Shown: positions 26,019 to 36,032, counted from the first letter of the stretch. The stretch: 64,000 nt of DNA from a virus (IMGVR_UViG_2738541225_000002:1-64000); one strand, 5' to 3'. Program-made: numbers and translations. Notes: generated by a model from the sequence alone, not told the origin.

Positions 26019-28906
26019 TGCCTATCTATCCGCAAGCAGACGCGCCGAGTGTTATGGATAACGTACTTCAGGCCCCTACGGGCTTTGACGTTTCTCTGCC
26101 CGAGGGTACCAACCCGGAGCTGCAGCAGGCTGAGCCTTCCGTATGGAATGCTGCATTCCGCCAGAATAACCTACTGGCGGGAATGTTTCGCCCGGCTAAA
26201 CAATTCGATCCTGCCGACGGCTACAATCCTTATTCTGATAAAAATGAGATTAAGGGCTATGAGCAGTGGGGGTCGGCTTTCGCGGATTCTCAGTCACCGG
26301 AGGAAACCGCCTGGATTAAAAGTCAGATTGACGATGAAAACGAAGACCGCCGGGTACTTGGGGAAGCAGGTGCCGAAGGCACGCTGGCGAGTATCGCCGC
26401 CGGTGTTATCGACCCGGTTACCGTCGCATCAATGTTTATCCCCGGCGCGCAGGGCACCCTTGCCGCACGTATCGGCTCGCAGGTCGCGATTGGAGCCGCT
26501 GGTACCGCAATTAGCGAAATTGCGCTCAACCAACAGCAGTACACCAGAACAGGCAGAGAAAGCGCGGCACATATAACCGCCGGTGCGCTTCTTAGTGGTG
26601 TGTTCGCAACAGCTGGCGCAATGCTCACACCTTCGGTTAGAACAGCGGCCACCCGTGAAGTGGCGAACGCCCTTGATAACATGAGCGCATCACCTGCGAT
26701 TAACAGTGCAGCTGATGCGCTGGCGGATCTACCGAACGGTGGTAGCGTCGGCGCTATGCGTATTCGCGAAGCGACGCTGGAAGACCTTACGCCGGTGTCC
26801 GGCGGCCCGGTTGGCAAGCTGGCCCGCAAAGCTGGTAGCTATCTGACGCCGATTACCCGCCTGATAGAATCACCATCGAAAGAAGCGCGCCGCACGGCGC
26901 TGGAACTGGCTGAGAATAACTTCACGCTGGAAGGAAACCTGCGCGGTATCGAAACACCGGTGGCGGCAGAAACCCGCGTACGTGGCTGGCGCCGGGAAGA
27001 GGCTGCCGTCGTCACAGCGAATAAGCAGGCGTACACCCAGTATAAAGCCGATGGTGGCGATCTGGGATATGCAGCCTTTCGTGAGCAGGTTGGCGAAGCG
27101 CTGCGCAACGGCGACGTGCATATCAATGCTAAAGTGCAGGAAGCAGCGCAGGCAATGCGTACGATTATCAACCGCGTGAAAGTGGCCCAGCAGGAGCTGG
27201 GATTGCTGCCGCCGGATGCTGAATTGAAAGCGATGGGGCAGACCAGCTATTTCCCTCGCGTGTATCGGGTCGGGAAAATCGTCAGCGAGCGGGATAAATT
27301 CCGCAACATGCTGGTTGACTGGTGGTCGCGCGGCGAGAAAACTATGTCACGTGAGGATGCCGAAATCGCGGCGGATACGACGATTAACCGCATCGTGGGC
27401 GCAAAAATCCCGCAGGAGTTTGCTAACGTCTTTATGGTGAAAGCCCCTGGCAGCACCAAAGAACGTACCCTGAGTGTTCCCGATCGCCTGATGAAAGATT
27501 ATCTGGAGAGTGACGCTAACTACGTCCTGCAGCGCCATATCCGCGAAGCTTCGGCAGAGATCGAGCTTACGCGCACCTTTGGCAATAAGTCGATGGACTC
27601 ACAGCTCGCAGCTATCCAGGACGAATACGACGCGCTGATGCGTGCCCGCCCGGCAGAACAGGAAAAGCTGGCTAAGGCCAGGGAGGCCGACCTTCGCGAT
27701 ATTCTGGCGCTTCGGGACCGCCTTGTCGGTACGTACGGTATGCCAGACGACCCGTCGTCATTCTTCGTTCGCGCCGGCGCGTTTCTGCGTAGCGCCAACT
27801 TTGTCACTAAGCTGGGTGGCATGACGGTATCGGCTATCCCCGACCTGGCGCGCGGCATGATGGTTAACGGCTTCAGCAATAGCATGCGCGGTTATGGCGC
27901 GCTGATCACCCGTTCGCCGGCGTATCTCGCCAGCCGGGCGGAACAGAAGAAAATGGCCGTTGGTCTCGAAACCATACTGCACACCCGTGCGCGCACAATG
28001 GGCGACCTGGTAGATAGCTCTTCGCGCACCACCGCCATCGAAGCAGGCATGGAGCGTGTTGCCGACGTGTTCGGCAAGTTGACCCTGATGGGCCATTTTG
28101 ACGACATGAACAAATCGGTAAACGGAATGATCACTTCCGACGGTATTCTGTCTGGCGCGTTCCCTGCCAAACGCCTGGCTAAGCTCGGCATAAACGAGCA
28201 GATGGCCACGCGTATTCAGACGGAATTCGGAAAGCATGGCGAGGTTATCCAGGGCTGGCATATTGGTAACTTCGAAAAATGGGATGACCAGTACGCCGCC
28301 GGCCTGCTGCAATCTGCCGTACTGAAGGACGTCAATAACACCGTAATCACCCCCGGGATAGGCGATACGCCGTTGTGGGCCAGCACGCCATTAGGAAAAA
28401 CAGTATTCCAGTTTAAGTCCTTTGCTACCGCATCCTATAACCGCGCGACGCTGGGCGGCCTGCAGGAAGGCACCGCACAATTCTATTACGGTACCGCTTT
28501 CCAGATTGGATTGGGCTCTTTGACTTATGCGCTTAAGCAGGCAGCCAATGGTCGGGAGGTTGATTTGACGCCGCAGAAGCTGGTACTCGAGGGTGTAGAC
28601 CGGTCCGGTATCCTCGGCCCGTTGATGGAATACAACAACATGGCGGAGAAGGCCACCGGCGGGATGTTTGGCTTAGGGCCGCTGCTCGGTACCGGTACGC
28701 AATCCCGCTACGCCAGCCGCGGCTTTATCGGGTCAGCGCTGGGGCCAACGTTCGGCTTGCTGGATACGGTCACCGATGTGACCGCTGGCGTGTTAAATGG
28801 CGACGCCGGCGACCGTGTTCTACATAGCGTGCGTACGTTACTCCCCGGCAATAATCTGTTCTGGATCGCGCCGATGATTAACCACGTAGACCCCGGGATG
28901 CGATAG
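26018..28906 (+). CDS. Large internal virion protein
   Basis: 962 aa helical ORF with YFPRVY and FQFKSF motifs. Confidence 0.75.
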   Translation: MPIYPQADAPSVMDNVLQAPTGFDVSLPEGTNPELQQAEPSVWNAAFRQNNLLAGMFRPAKQFDPADGYNPYSDKNEIKGYEQWGSAFADSQSPEETAWIKSQIDDENEDRRVLGEAGAEGTLASIAAGVIDPVTVASMFIPGAQGTLAARIGSQVAIGAAGTAISEIALNQQQYTRTGRESAAHITAGALLSGVFATAGAMLTPSVRTAATREVANALDNMSASPAINSAADALADLPNGGSVGAMRIREATLEDLTPVSGGPVGKLARKAGSYLTPITRLIESPSKEARRTALELAENNFTLEGNLRGIETPVAAETRVRGWRREEAAVVTANKQAYTQYKADGGDLGYAAFREQVGEALRNGDVHINAKVQEAAQAMRTIINRVKVAQQELGLLPPDAELKAMGQTSYFPRVYRVGKIVSERDKFRNMLVDWWSRGEKTMSREDAEIAADTTINRIVGAKIPQEFANVFMVKAPGSTKERTLSVPDRLMKDYLESDANYVLQRHIREASAEIELTRTFGNKSMDSQLAAIQDEYDALMRARPAEQEKLAKAREADLRDILALRDRLVGTYGMPDDPSSFFVRAGAFLRSANFVTKLGGMTVSAIPDLARGMMVNGFSNSMRGYGALITRSPAYLASRAEQKKMAVGLETILHTRARTMGDLVDSSSRTTAIEAGMERVADVFGKLTLMGHFDDMNKSVNGMITSDGILSGAFPAKRLAKLGINEQMATRIQTEFGKHGEVIQGWHIGNFEKWDDQYAAGLLQSAVLKDVNNTVITPGIGDTPLWASTPLGKTVFQFKSFATASYNRATLGGLQEGTAQFYYGTAFQIGLGSLTYALKQAANGREVDLTPQKLVLEGVDRSGILGPLMEYNNMAEKATGGMFGLGPLLGTGTQSRYASRGFIGSALGPTFGLLDTVTDVTAGVLNGDAGDRVLHSVRTLLPGNNLFWIAPMINHVDPGMR

Positions 28907-29428
28907 CTATTTCGAATTACATGATTCGGGAGAAACCCCAAACCCAAATATAAGGGTTTTTCCCGAATCACTATAATAATTGATCATTATTATCTTATGT
29001 TCTTTCCGTGTTTCATTAAATATCCTCTTCTGTGATGACAAAGGATAAAAATCATCAGGCGTACAATATAATTTTTTTAAGTCTTCTTTTGTCGAGTTTA
29101 GAGCGGCTTCTGAGGAGAATTTTTTAAAATCCTCTGTGTAAACGTTATCGCCGTAACTGAATACGGTTTTACTTCCTTCTGCATAATTTTTATTAGATTC
29201 GCTTAGGTCTGCATTTTCTTTGTAGGTACGTAAATGCAATACCGACACATTCACTTCAATTCTTTTACCGTTGTCGATACCGCTAATGATCTTATAGTCA
29301 GTATGTGGGTTGGCGGTTTGTATACCCGGACCTGATATCGGGACGATATATCGTGACCCATCAACTAAATCTGTTGAAGCAAAGGCTATAAAGGGAAAAA
29401 TCAGCAATAACGGAATTAGTATTTTCAT
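28907..29428 (-). CDS. Antisense AT-rich moron, secreted protein
   Basis: AAGGAG RBS; MKILIPLLLIFPFIAFA signal peptide; two Cys. Confidence 0.75.
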   Translation of the reverse strand: MKILIPLLLIFPFIAFASTDLVDGSRYIVPISGPGIQTANPHTDYKIISGIDNGKRIEVNVSVLHLRTYKENADLSESNKNYAEGSKTVFSYGDNVYTEDFKKFSSEAALNSTKEDLKKLYCTPDDFYPLSSQKRIFNETRKEHKIIMINYYSDSGKTLIFGFGVSPESCNSK

Positions 29429-29446
29429 TCTTATGCTCCTTGTGAT

Positions 29447-29480
29447 GGTCAGGATTCCGACCTAAAAAAGCATACATCAT
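29447..29480 (+). promoter_or_regulatory. Late-promoter box 4
   Basis: GGTCAG-GATT-CCGACC, 12 nt, CATCAT. Confidence 0.75.
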
Positions 29481-29509
29481 AGCCCTATGGATAACCACGG
29501 GGCTTTTTT

Positions 29510-29851
29510 ATGCATTCAGATTACAAAACCCGCCTTACTGCTCTTAGCGATAAGCTCACCGATGTAGTTCTGGAAGAAGCTGATCCGGACAACTGGCCGG
29601 GGGCAGGGAAGGAAATCACAAAGCACACCAAACAGGAACGCGGTGATCGGTACTGGCATAAGAAGAACGCGGCCGCATCGCTCACGCTGCTGGTAAAAGT
29701 CCATTCTCTGATTGGCATGCATACGCGCGGGGGGACACCTAAACCCGGCGAGGATCCGGACGATGAAGCATTCCGACTGGGCCAACAGGTATCTGCCGCT
29801 GAACGTGCAGCACAGGAAGTTATCGAACGTCTACAACAGCGGAAAAAATGA
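29510..29851 (+). CDS. Probable terminase small subunit
   Basis: 113 aa, overlaps the terL start; call by position. Confidence 0.55.
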   Translation: MHSDYKTRLTALSDKLTDVVLEEADPDNWPGAGKEITKHTKQERGDRYWHKKNAAASLTLLVKVHSLIGMHTRGGTPKPGEDPDDEAFRLGQQVSAAERAAQEVIERLQQRKK

Positions 29852-31458
29852 TTTCATTCGTCGCCTTTTTCATCATATGGGCAGAGCGGATGGGGTGGGA
29901 GGTTCCCGACTGCCATTATCGAGCCTGCCACTGGTTGGAACACCGCGGGGATCTCGCGGTGCTTCGCTGTTTCCGTGGCTTCGGAAAATCCACCATTCTG
30001 GCGGTGTATAACGCCTGGCGATATTACCAGAACCGCCAGTACCGCATTCTTCACCAGTCTGAAGCAGATGGCACCGCGTACAAAACCAGCCGCGATACGC
30101 AGAACGTTTTACGCAATCACCCGCTTACCAGAGGCATGCTGCCGGACGGACAAGGTACCGTTGAACAATGGTGGGTTAACGGCTCGCTGGATATGCGTAA
30201 CGGCAGCATGTACGCAAAGGGGATCCTCTCTAACGTCACCTCGGCCCGTGCCGATGAATGCCAGAACGATGATGTAGAGGTCCCGCGCAATATCCAGACG
30301 CCAGAGGCGCGCGAGAAGCTACGTTATCGTCTCGGTGAGCAGACGCATATTCTTGTCCCCGGTGGGCGAAAGCTGTTTATCGGCACACCGCATACCCACG
30401 ATAGCCTTTACGATGAGGTTGAATCTATGGGCGCCGACTGTCTGACCATCAAACTTTTCGGAAAAGAATTTCGTATCGAGGAAAAGCAGGCGACCGCGAG
30501 CCGTTATCCTTTACCGTTCCGGCCTGAATATGTTTTCGTCGGTATTCACATTGGCGCTCGCCTGCTGGTCGAAGGCGTTGATTATCGCCTCATTGATGAT
30601 GGTATCGAGTTTTCCGAGGCTCCCGGTACCACCGTAGATTGTTACGCCGATTGCGAATGGCCGGAGAGGTTCACCCCGGAGGAAATGACAAAGCGCCGTC
30701 GTGAGACTCGCACAATTAATGAGTGGGACAGCCAGTACCAGCTGCACAGCAAACCGGTTGGCGAGGTTCGTCTCGATCCCGACCGCATCCGCGAGTACAA
30801 CGTCCAGCCAGAAATTCGTTACGCAAACCGCGCCTGCTCGATGTGGCTCGGCCAGACGCAGATCGTCGGCGCCGTCGCCTGGTGGGATGTCGCAACCGGC
30901 AAGGTTAAAGCTGACGCCTCGGCGTTCTCCCTGATTTTCACCGACGCCCGCGGGCACCTTTACTGGCACGTTTGCCAGGGGCTGACCGGCGAGCTGGCGG
31001 AATTTGACGAGAATGACAAAATTACCGGCGGTCAGGTGATGCAGATTAAAGAGCTGGTGCTGAAATATCAGATCCCGCTGGTCTGCGTCGAGGTTAACGG
31101 CCCTGGCAGCTTCGCGGGCAAGCTGCTTATTCAGGCGCTGAAGGGTACCGGCTGCGGCGTGCGGGAAGAGTTCAGCGTCACCAACAAGCAGAAACGCATC
31201 CTCGACGCCTTCGAAGCGCCGCTCTCGTCGCGATTCCTTTGGGCGCATACCGACGTGCTCGACGGCCCGATGTACGACCAGATGCGCGACTTTAACCCGG
31301 CGTTGACGAGTCAACCCGATGACTATATCGACTCGGGGTCCGGCGCAATCGGCGCTACGCCGGTGCGTATCGGTAAATTAGTCGGGATTCCGACCGCGCA
31401 GGCGCGGGAACATTGGCAGCCTAATGATGGCGATCACGTGGTCGCCGTGGATTACTAG
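29848..31458 (+). CDS. terL: Terminase large subunit
   Basis: FRGFGKST, NDDVE, IGTP, WWDVA and DDYIDS motifs. Confidence 0.9.
   Translation: MISFVAFFIIWAERMGWEVPDCHYRACHWLEHRGDLAVLRCFRGFGKSTILAVYNAWRYYQNRQYRILHQSEADGTAYKTSRDTQNVLRNHPLTRGMLPDGQGTVEQWWVNGSLDMRNGSMYAKGILSNVTSARADECQNDDVEVPRNIQTPEAREKLRYRLGEQTHILVPGGRKLFIGTPHTHDSLYDEVESMGADCLTIKLFGKEFRIEEKQATASRYPLPFRPEYVFVGIHIGARLLVEGVDYRLIDDGIEFSEAPGTTVDCYADCEWPERFTPEEMTKRRRETRTINEWDSQYQLHSKPVGEVRLDPDRIREYNVQPEIRYANRACSMWLGQTQIVGAVAWWDVATGKVKADASAFSLIFTDARGHLYWHVCQGLTGELAEFDENDKITGGQVMQIKELVLKYQIPLVCVEVNGPGSFAGKLLIQALKGTGCGVREEFSVTNKQKRILDAFEAPLSSRFLWAHTDVLDGPMYDQMRDFNPALTSQPDDYIDSGSGAIGATPVRIGKLVGIPTAQAREHWQPNDGDHVVAVDY
31380..31413 (+). promoter_or_regulatory. 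Late-promoter box 5 (inside the terL 3' end)
   Basis: AGTCGG-GATT-CCGACC, 12 nt, GAACAT. Confidence 0.7.
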
Positions 31459-31475
31459 CCGCCGGAGCTTCCCTT

Positions 31476-33692
31476 ATGTCGGTACCCAGCCAGACACCCT
31501 ATAACATTTACGCCGCTAACGGCCTGACCACCGTTTTTGCTTATCAGTTCATGATTATGACGGCTGGCGACCTCGACGTTTCCATTAACGGAACCTCGAT
31601 AACCGGCGGCTTTACCGTCCAGGGGGCCGGGCAGACCGGCGGCGGTCAGGTTGTCTTTACCGCACCGCCTGCGAATGGCGATACCGTCATGCTGTTGCGC
31701 AAGCTGACAATTAAGCGTGATACCGATTACCAGGACAACGGCGATCTGCTGGCGGAGACTATCAACGCAGACTTCGATCGTTTGTGGCTGGCCATGCAGC
31801 AGGCCTTTTTGAGCGATAGCCTTTCGCTCAAGCGCCCTCTACTCGGCGGACCGTACAACGCTGGCGGTCTCAAAATCATTAACCTGCAGGACCCGACAAA
31901 CCCGCAGGATGCCGCAACAAAAGCATGGGTAGACCTGCAGTATTCCGTTCCAACCTCGGAAGCAAAGCAGGCCGCCGCAGAGGCTAAAGAAGCGCGGGAC
32001 GAATCGAGGGAGATTGCGGATAAGTTCGGTGATGTGGATGGCGCGATAACTGCCGCTGAAGCTGCAAGGGACGCGGCGCAGTCCTCTGCCAGTAGCGCGG
32101 AGGGTGATGCAGATCGGGCAGAGGCGGCAGCTGAATCTGCCGAAGCTGTTATTGATGTTAAAGGTACGTATCCAGATATCGCACAGGGTCTTGCGGATAC
32201 TGTCGATGGCGATTACTTCAGGGTTATTGTCCCTGCAACAGCGGGGACAGGGATATTATTTATCTGGTATCGCAACGTTGCCGGCAGCGCTGTTTATATA
32301 AACACAGAAATCTCAGAAGGGTTTGTTCGCGATATAGCGTCCCGCATTCCTAAAATTCAACGATCAGGATACTGGGGCGGGATTACCGCTGCCGACGGGA
32401 CATTAGGTGTTGCATTCAGGGAAAGCGATAACCGGCCCATATTTGGCAATGGCGGGGATATCTTTTCAAAAATAGCCGACTTAAAGCGCTCAGGATACTG
32501 GGGCGGGATTACCGCTGCCGACGGGACATTAGGCGTCGCATTCAGAGAGAGCGATAACAGACCTATATTTGGCAATGGTGGCGATATCCTTTCTATATTT
32601 CCCCAGCATCTCCGGACGGGATACTGGGGCGGTATCGTCGCCAAAAATGACGCTGTGGGTGTTGTTTTCCGGGAATCTGATAACAGACCGCTTTTCGGAA
32701 ATGGTGGGGATGTTGTAGGCCGGATTGAAAAGCTGGAACAAATAAACCCGATCTCTGCATCGATAGCGCATGCGTTCGGCAACTCTAAAACAGCGGGAAC
32801 GGGTGGCACTCCTTATCCGACACAACTCGCCGGCCTCATTGGTGGCGATTTTTCCGTTGTAAACTACGGTATCGGCGGCCAGAAATCCGGTCAGATTGCA
32901 ATGCGCATGGGGGCTGTTCCCACTTTTATCACAGTCTCAGGGAATGCGATTCCTGCTGCCAGTGGTACCGTCAGCATTACGCAGATTAACGGAGTCAGCG
33001 CCACCGCCGCACCAGCCTACCCCAGCCAGGACGTCCGGCTACTGAGTACCAATGCGGATAATGACACCAGAACTATCGACGGCTGGTTATGTGGCGTGAA
33101 ATGCCGAATTACCCGCACGGCGAGCGGCGCTAATAATAATACGAAAGTCGAGGTTTATACACTGACCGCCTTAACCGGGACTGGCGTTCGTTGCCTGCCT
33201 GGTTCGCTGTTCGTGCCGGATTATGCACTTCAGGATTATTCAGGTGTTGAAGCGTGGATCGATGCCGGAATAAACGATTTTCGCTCTGGTACCGATGCGG
33301 ATTTAACGGATGACGTTGAGGCAATCCGTGCAAATGTTGACGCGATGGTAGATTTCGCCGAACGCAGCGGGAGAAACATTATTTTGCTCAGCCTGACAGC
33401 GGATAACTATTCTACTGAGTTTATAGGTGGGATCCGGTATGTGAGAATTCTGGAACTGAACAACCACTGGTCACAAAAATATCCTAATTATTACGCGCGT
33501 GGCAATGACGGTCTGGACCTGCGCGAAACACTGGTTGCAAATTACAATCCTGCTATAGCCCAGGATGTTATTGATTATGGTAACGATATAACGCCTTCCT
33601 CACTGCGCAGTGATGACAGGCATCCCAATACAACCGGCTACGGCATATACGCATCTGTGGCCTATGAATTCCGGCAGAGACGAGGTTATTAA
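31476..33692 (+). CDS. Tail fibre/spike: T7-type N-terminal anchor, three internal repeats, SGNH hydrolase domain
   Basis: F.Y.F...FTAPPANG...R.TDYQD anchor; GNS, GQKS, GIND and DDRHP SGNH blocks. Confidence 0.85.
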   Translation: MSVPSQTPYNIYAANGLTTVFAYQFMIMTAGDLDVSINGTSITGGFTVQGAGQTGGGQVVFTAPPANGDTVMLLRKLTIKRDTDYQDNGDLLAETINADFDRLWLAMQQAFLSDSLSLKRPLLGGPYNAGGLKIINLQDPTNPQDAATKAWVDLQYSVPTSEAKQAAAEAKEARDESREIADKFGDVDGAITAAEAARDAAQSSASSAEGDADRAEAAAESAEAVIDVKGTYPDIAQGLADTVDGDYFRVIVPATAGTGILFIWYRNVAGSAVYINTEISEGFVRDIASRIPKIQRSGYWGGITAADGTLGVAFRESDNRPIFGNGGDIFSKIADLKRSGYWGGITAADGTLGVAFRESDNRPIFGNGGDILSIFPQHLRTGYWGGIVAKNDAVGVVFRESDNRPLFGNGGDVVGRIEKLEQINPISASIAHAFGNSKTAGTGGTPYPTQLAGLIGGDFSVVNYGIGGQKSGQIAMRMGAVPTFITVSGNAIPAASGTVSITQINGVSATAAPAYPSQDVRLLSTNADNDTRTIDGWLCGVKCRITRTASGANNNTKVEVYTLTALTGTGVRCLPGSLFVPDYALQDYSGVEAWIDAGINDFRSGTDADLTDDVEAIRANVDAMVDFAERSGRNIILLSLTADNYSTEFIGGIRYVRILELNNHWSQKYPNYYARGNDGLDLRETLVANYNPAIAQDVIDYGNDITPSSLRSDDRHPNTTGYGIYASVAYEFRQRRGY
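32361..32714 (+). repeat. Three 126-bp (42-aa period) tandem repeats in the tail spike
   Basis: Copies start at 32361, 32487 and 32613: R(S/T)GYWGGI...FRESDNRP.FGNGGD. Confidence 0.9.
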
Positions 33693-33693
33693 T

Positions 33694-34539
33694 ATGGGTA
33701 TTTTTGTTGTATCAGATGCGTCGCCAAAACAAAGCGGTAATAACGCCATGTATCTTGAAAAGGATTCTATTATTATCCGTGGCGCTACGCTTGGTCTTCT
33801 GGATTTCAGCAATGACCAGTGCTATTCGGCCGGCTCTCCGGTGGCCGCATATGCAAATATGAAAAATCTGGTTCATAACGGTTCGAATGCAACAAATGGA
33901 CCGAATGCCCGCGTGCTGGAAACCGGCATGCTGAAATTTGATGGTACCGAACCTAACACCAACGATTACGTGCTGCTGCCGACAGATGAATTTTCGTTAC
34001 CTACCGGCTGTAAACGCGCGCTGATCAGTGTTGCGTTAAAACTCCCCGCGTCGGGTTATGGAACGCCGGCGGCTACCCGTTACCCAATGTTATTTGGCCG
34101 TATGAATAACACGGCTGCGGCAAACGTCAACTTCGGGGTGTGGGGGATCGTCAGTACCGATGGAGTTCTCACATCGGTGCAGGGCGCCGCATTGGGCAGT
34201 GTGGCTATTTCGGCAACGGCGCAGCTCGCATTACTCACGAACGGCAGCGTGCATGTGGTTTCCGTATACGCTGATGGGGAGACCACCGCCGGGACGCTGG
34301 TAACGCGTATTTACGTCGATAATATTCTGGTAGCGACGGCGACAAACAACGCATGGGATGGTGTTGTGCCCCAGCCAACCAACCTGCCGAGGATCGGTAG
34401 TTACCCCGCCACAATCCACGGCCCGTGGAACGGCATGAAAGTAGGCCGGCCAATGGTTATGAATCTGACCGGTAAATCAGCGGTAGCAACGGATATCATC
34501 TCGCAATCCGTTGAGTTGGCTAAACAGTATCTGGTTTAA
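33694..34539 (+). CDS. Second tail-associated protein, possible lectin/LamG-like fold
   Basis: Beta-rich; HVVSV...RIYVDNILVA...RIG pattern. Confidence 0.6.
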   Translation: MGIFVVSDASPKQSGNNAMYLEKDSIIIRGATLGLLDFSNDQCYSAGSPVAAYANMKNLVHNGSNATNGPNARVLETGMLKFDGTEPNTNDYVLLPTDEFSLPTGCKRALISVALKLPASGYGTPAATRYPMLFGRMNNTAAANVNFGVWGIVSTDGVLTSVQGAALGSVAISATAQLALLTNGSVHVVSVYADGETTAGTLVTRIYVDNILVATATNNAWDGVVPQPTNLPRIGSYPATIHGPWNGMKVGRPMVMNLTGKSAVATDIISQSVELAKQYLV

Positions 34540-34551
34540 TGGGGTGAAATA

Positions 34552-34740
34552 ATGGCGATCAAATACTTATCAAATCTCAAAATTGAGAACGAGATCGACG
34601 GCTCTGTAACTCATCTGTTCGATGTTGATGGCGTTATTTTTGGAGTGGTTGTATCTGGCTCCTCCAGGCAGGTAGTCGATAACGATTACGCGGCTTCGAA
34701 TGCCTGGCAGGTCGCGGATTTTCCTCTTCCCGTTTCATAA
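34552..34740 (+). CDS. Hypothetical protein
   Basis: 62 aa, GGGGTG RBS. Confidence 0.6.
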   Translation: MAIKYLSNLKIENEIDGSVTHLFDVDGVIFGVVVSGSSRQVVDNDYAASNAWQVADFPLPVS

Positions 34741-34774
34741 GGTCAGGATTCCGACCTGATTAACGCCTTACCCT
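34741..34774 (+). promoter_or_regulatory. Late-promoter box 6 (lysis cassette)
   Basis: GGTCAG-GATT-CCGACC, 12 nt, TACCCT. Confidence 0.75.
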
Positions 34775-34810
34775 CGCTTCACTACACAGTGAACCCCGCG
34801 GGGGTAAGGC

Positions 34811-35041
34811 ATGCGAATGAACAACCTTTCAGACGTAGCGGCGGGGGCCTCCTACGTCACTTCTATTGGCAGCGGTGGTTACTGGCTGCTGCAACTCCTC
34901 GATAAAGTCAGCCCGAGCCAGTGGGCGGCGATCGGCGTTCTTGCCAGTATCGTTTTCGGGCTGCTGACCTACCTCACTAACCTTTATTTCAAAATCAAAG
35001 AAGACCGGCGGAAGGCGCGCGACTATGAGCAACAAAGCTAA
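34811..35041 (+). CDS. Phage-21-type class II holin with dual start (M-R-M)
   Basis: [15 protein letters not shown]...[14 protein letters not shown]. Confidence 0.92.
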   Translation: MRMNNLSDVAAGASYVTSIGSGGYWLLQLLDKVSPSQWAAIGVLASIVFGLLTYLTNLYFKIKEDRRKARDYEQQS

Positions 35042-35561
35042 GCTCAGCGCCGCGATGCTGGCGCTTCTGGCCGCCGGCGCGTCGGCACCGGTATTAATGG
35101 ATCAGTTTCTGACTGAAAAAGAGGGGAGCAGTCTCACCGCCTATAAAGACGGCTCTGGCATCTGGACCATTTGCCGCGGCGCCACGCGTGTTGACGGTAA
35201 ATCCGTCATTCAAGGTATGCGGCTGACGCAGACCAAATGCGACCAGGTAAACGCCATCGAGCGCGATAAGGCGCTGGCGTGGGTGGAAAAGAATGTGCAT
35301 GTGCCGCTGACGCCACCGCAGAAGGTTGGCATAGCTTCGTTCTGCCCCTACAACATCGGCCCTGCTAAATGTTTTCCCTCGACTTTCTATCGCAAGCTGA
35401 ACGCCGGCGACCGCAAAGGGGCGTGCGCGGAGATCCGCCGGTGGGTTTTCGACGGCGGCCGGGATTGCCGGTTAACCAAAGGGAAGGTCAACGGCTGCTA
35501 CGGGCAGGTTGACCGCCGGGATCAAGAGAGTGCGCTGACGTGCTGGGGGCTATACGAATGA
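35025..35561 (+). CDS. SAR endolysin (GH24 lysozyme)
   Basis: Hydrophobic N-terminus; EG...YKD..GIWTIC.G.T triad. Confidence 0.9.
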   Translation: MSNKAKLSAAMLALLAAGASAPVLMDQFLTEKEGSSLTAYKDGSGIWTICRGATRVDGKSVIQGMRLTQTKCDQVNAIERDKALAWVEKNVHVPLTPPQKVGIASFCPYNIGPAKCFPSTFYRKLNAGDRKGACAEIRRWVFDGGRDCRLTKGKVNGCYGQVDRRDQESALTCWGLYE

Positions 35562-35917
35562 ACGGGAAAATCAAACTGGTGATTGTGAGTGGTGTGCTGG
35601 CGGTGGCCGCCGGCATTTTCTGGGCGGGATATCTGAAGGGCTGGTACGCGCATTCGGAGCACGTAAACAGCCAGGCTGAGAAGAAGAGCAAAAAGCAGGG
35701 GCAAGCCGTAGCAGCTGGTGAGCAGAAGGCGGCGACGGCGAACGCCGAAGCCAAAGTGATTTACCGTACCGTTTATCGTGATGTGGTGAAATATGTCAAC
35801 GACCCGAATCATATTAAGTGCCAGTTTGATCCTGCTGCTGTGCAGCTGCGCCAGCGAGCAATCGACGCGGCCAACAATATCCCCGGATTTGATGAACCCG
35901 CCGTGCAAGCTAAGTGA
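35558..35917 (+). CDS. i-spanin (Rz-like)
   Basis: N-terminal TM helix plus coiled coil after the endolysin. Confidence 0.75.
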   Translation: MNGKIKLVIVSGVLAVAAGIFWAGYLKGWYAHSEHVNSQAEKKSKKQGQAVAAGEQKAATANAEAKVIYRTVYRDVVKYVNDPNHIKCQFDPAAVQLRQRAIDAANNIPGFDEPAVQAK

Positions 35918-36032
35918 CGCCGGCGCCGACAGCGACGCCGATCTACTGGCGGATACCCAATTAGCGGAGTGCGGGCGGGAACTGCGTACGAACATCTACC
36001 GCTGGCAATCGTGGTATCGCGCGACTGAATAA
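35793..36032 (+). CDS. o-spanin (Rz1-like lipoprotein)
   Basis: Overlaps Rz in another frame; LLLCSC lipobox. Confidence 0.7.
   Translation: MSTTRIILSASLILLLCSCASEQSTRPTISPDLMNPPCKLSDAGADSDADLLADTQLAECGRELRTNIYRWQSWYRATE

Noticed and set aside
30511-31314. Long antisense ORFs over virion genes (also 15721-16350, 16645-17244, 20997-21590)
   Set aside because: Shadow frames of GC-biased coding sequence with no RBS or recognisable motif.
31476-34740. Diversity-generating retroelement, as in BPP-1-like phages
   Set aside because: No reverse transcriptase ORF and no adenine-specific TR/VR pair; the repeats are in-frame protein repeats.
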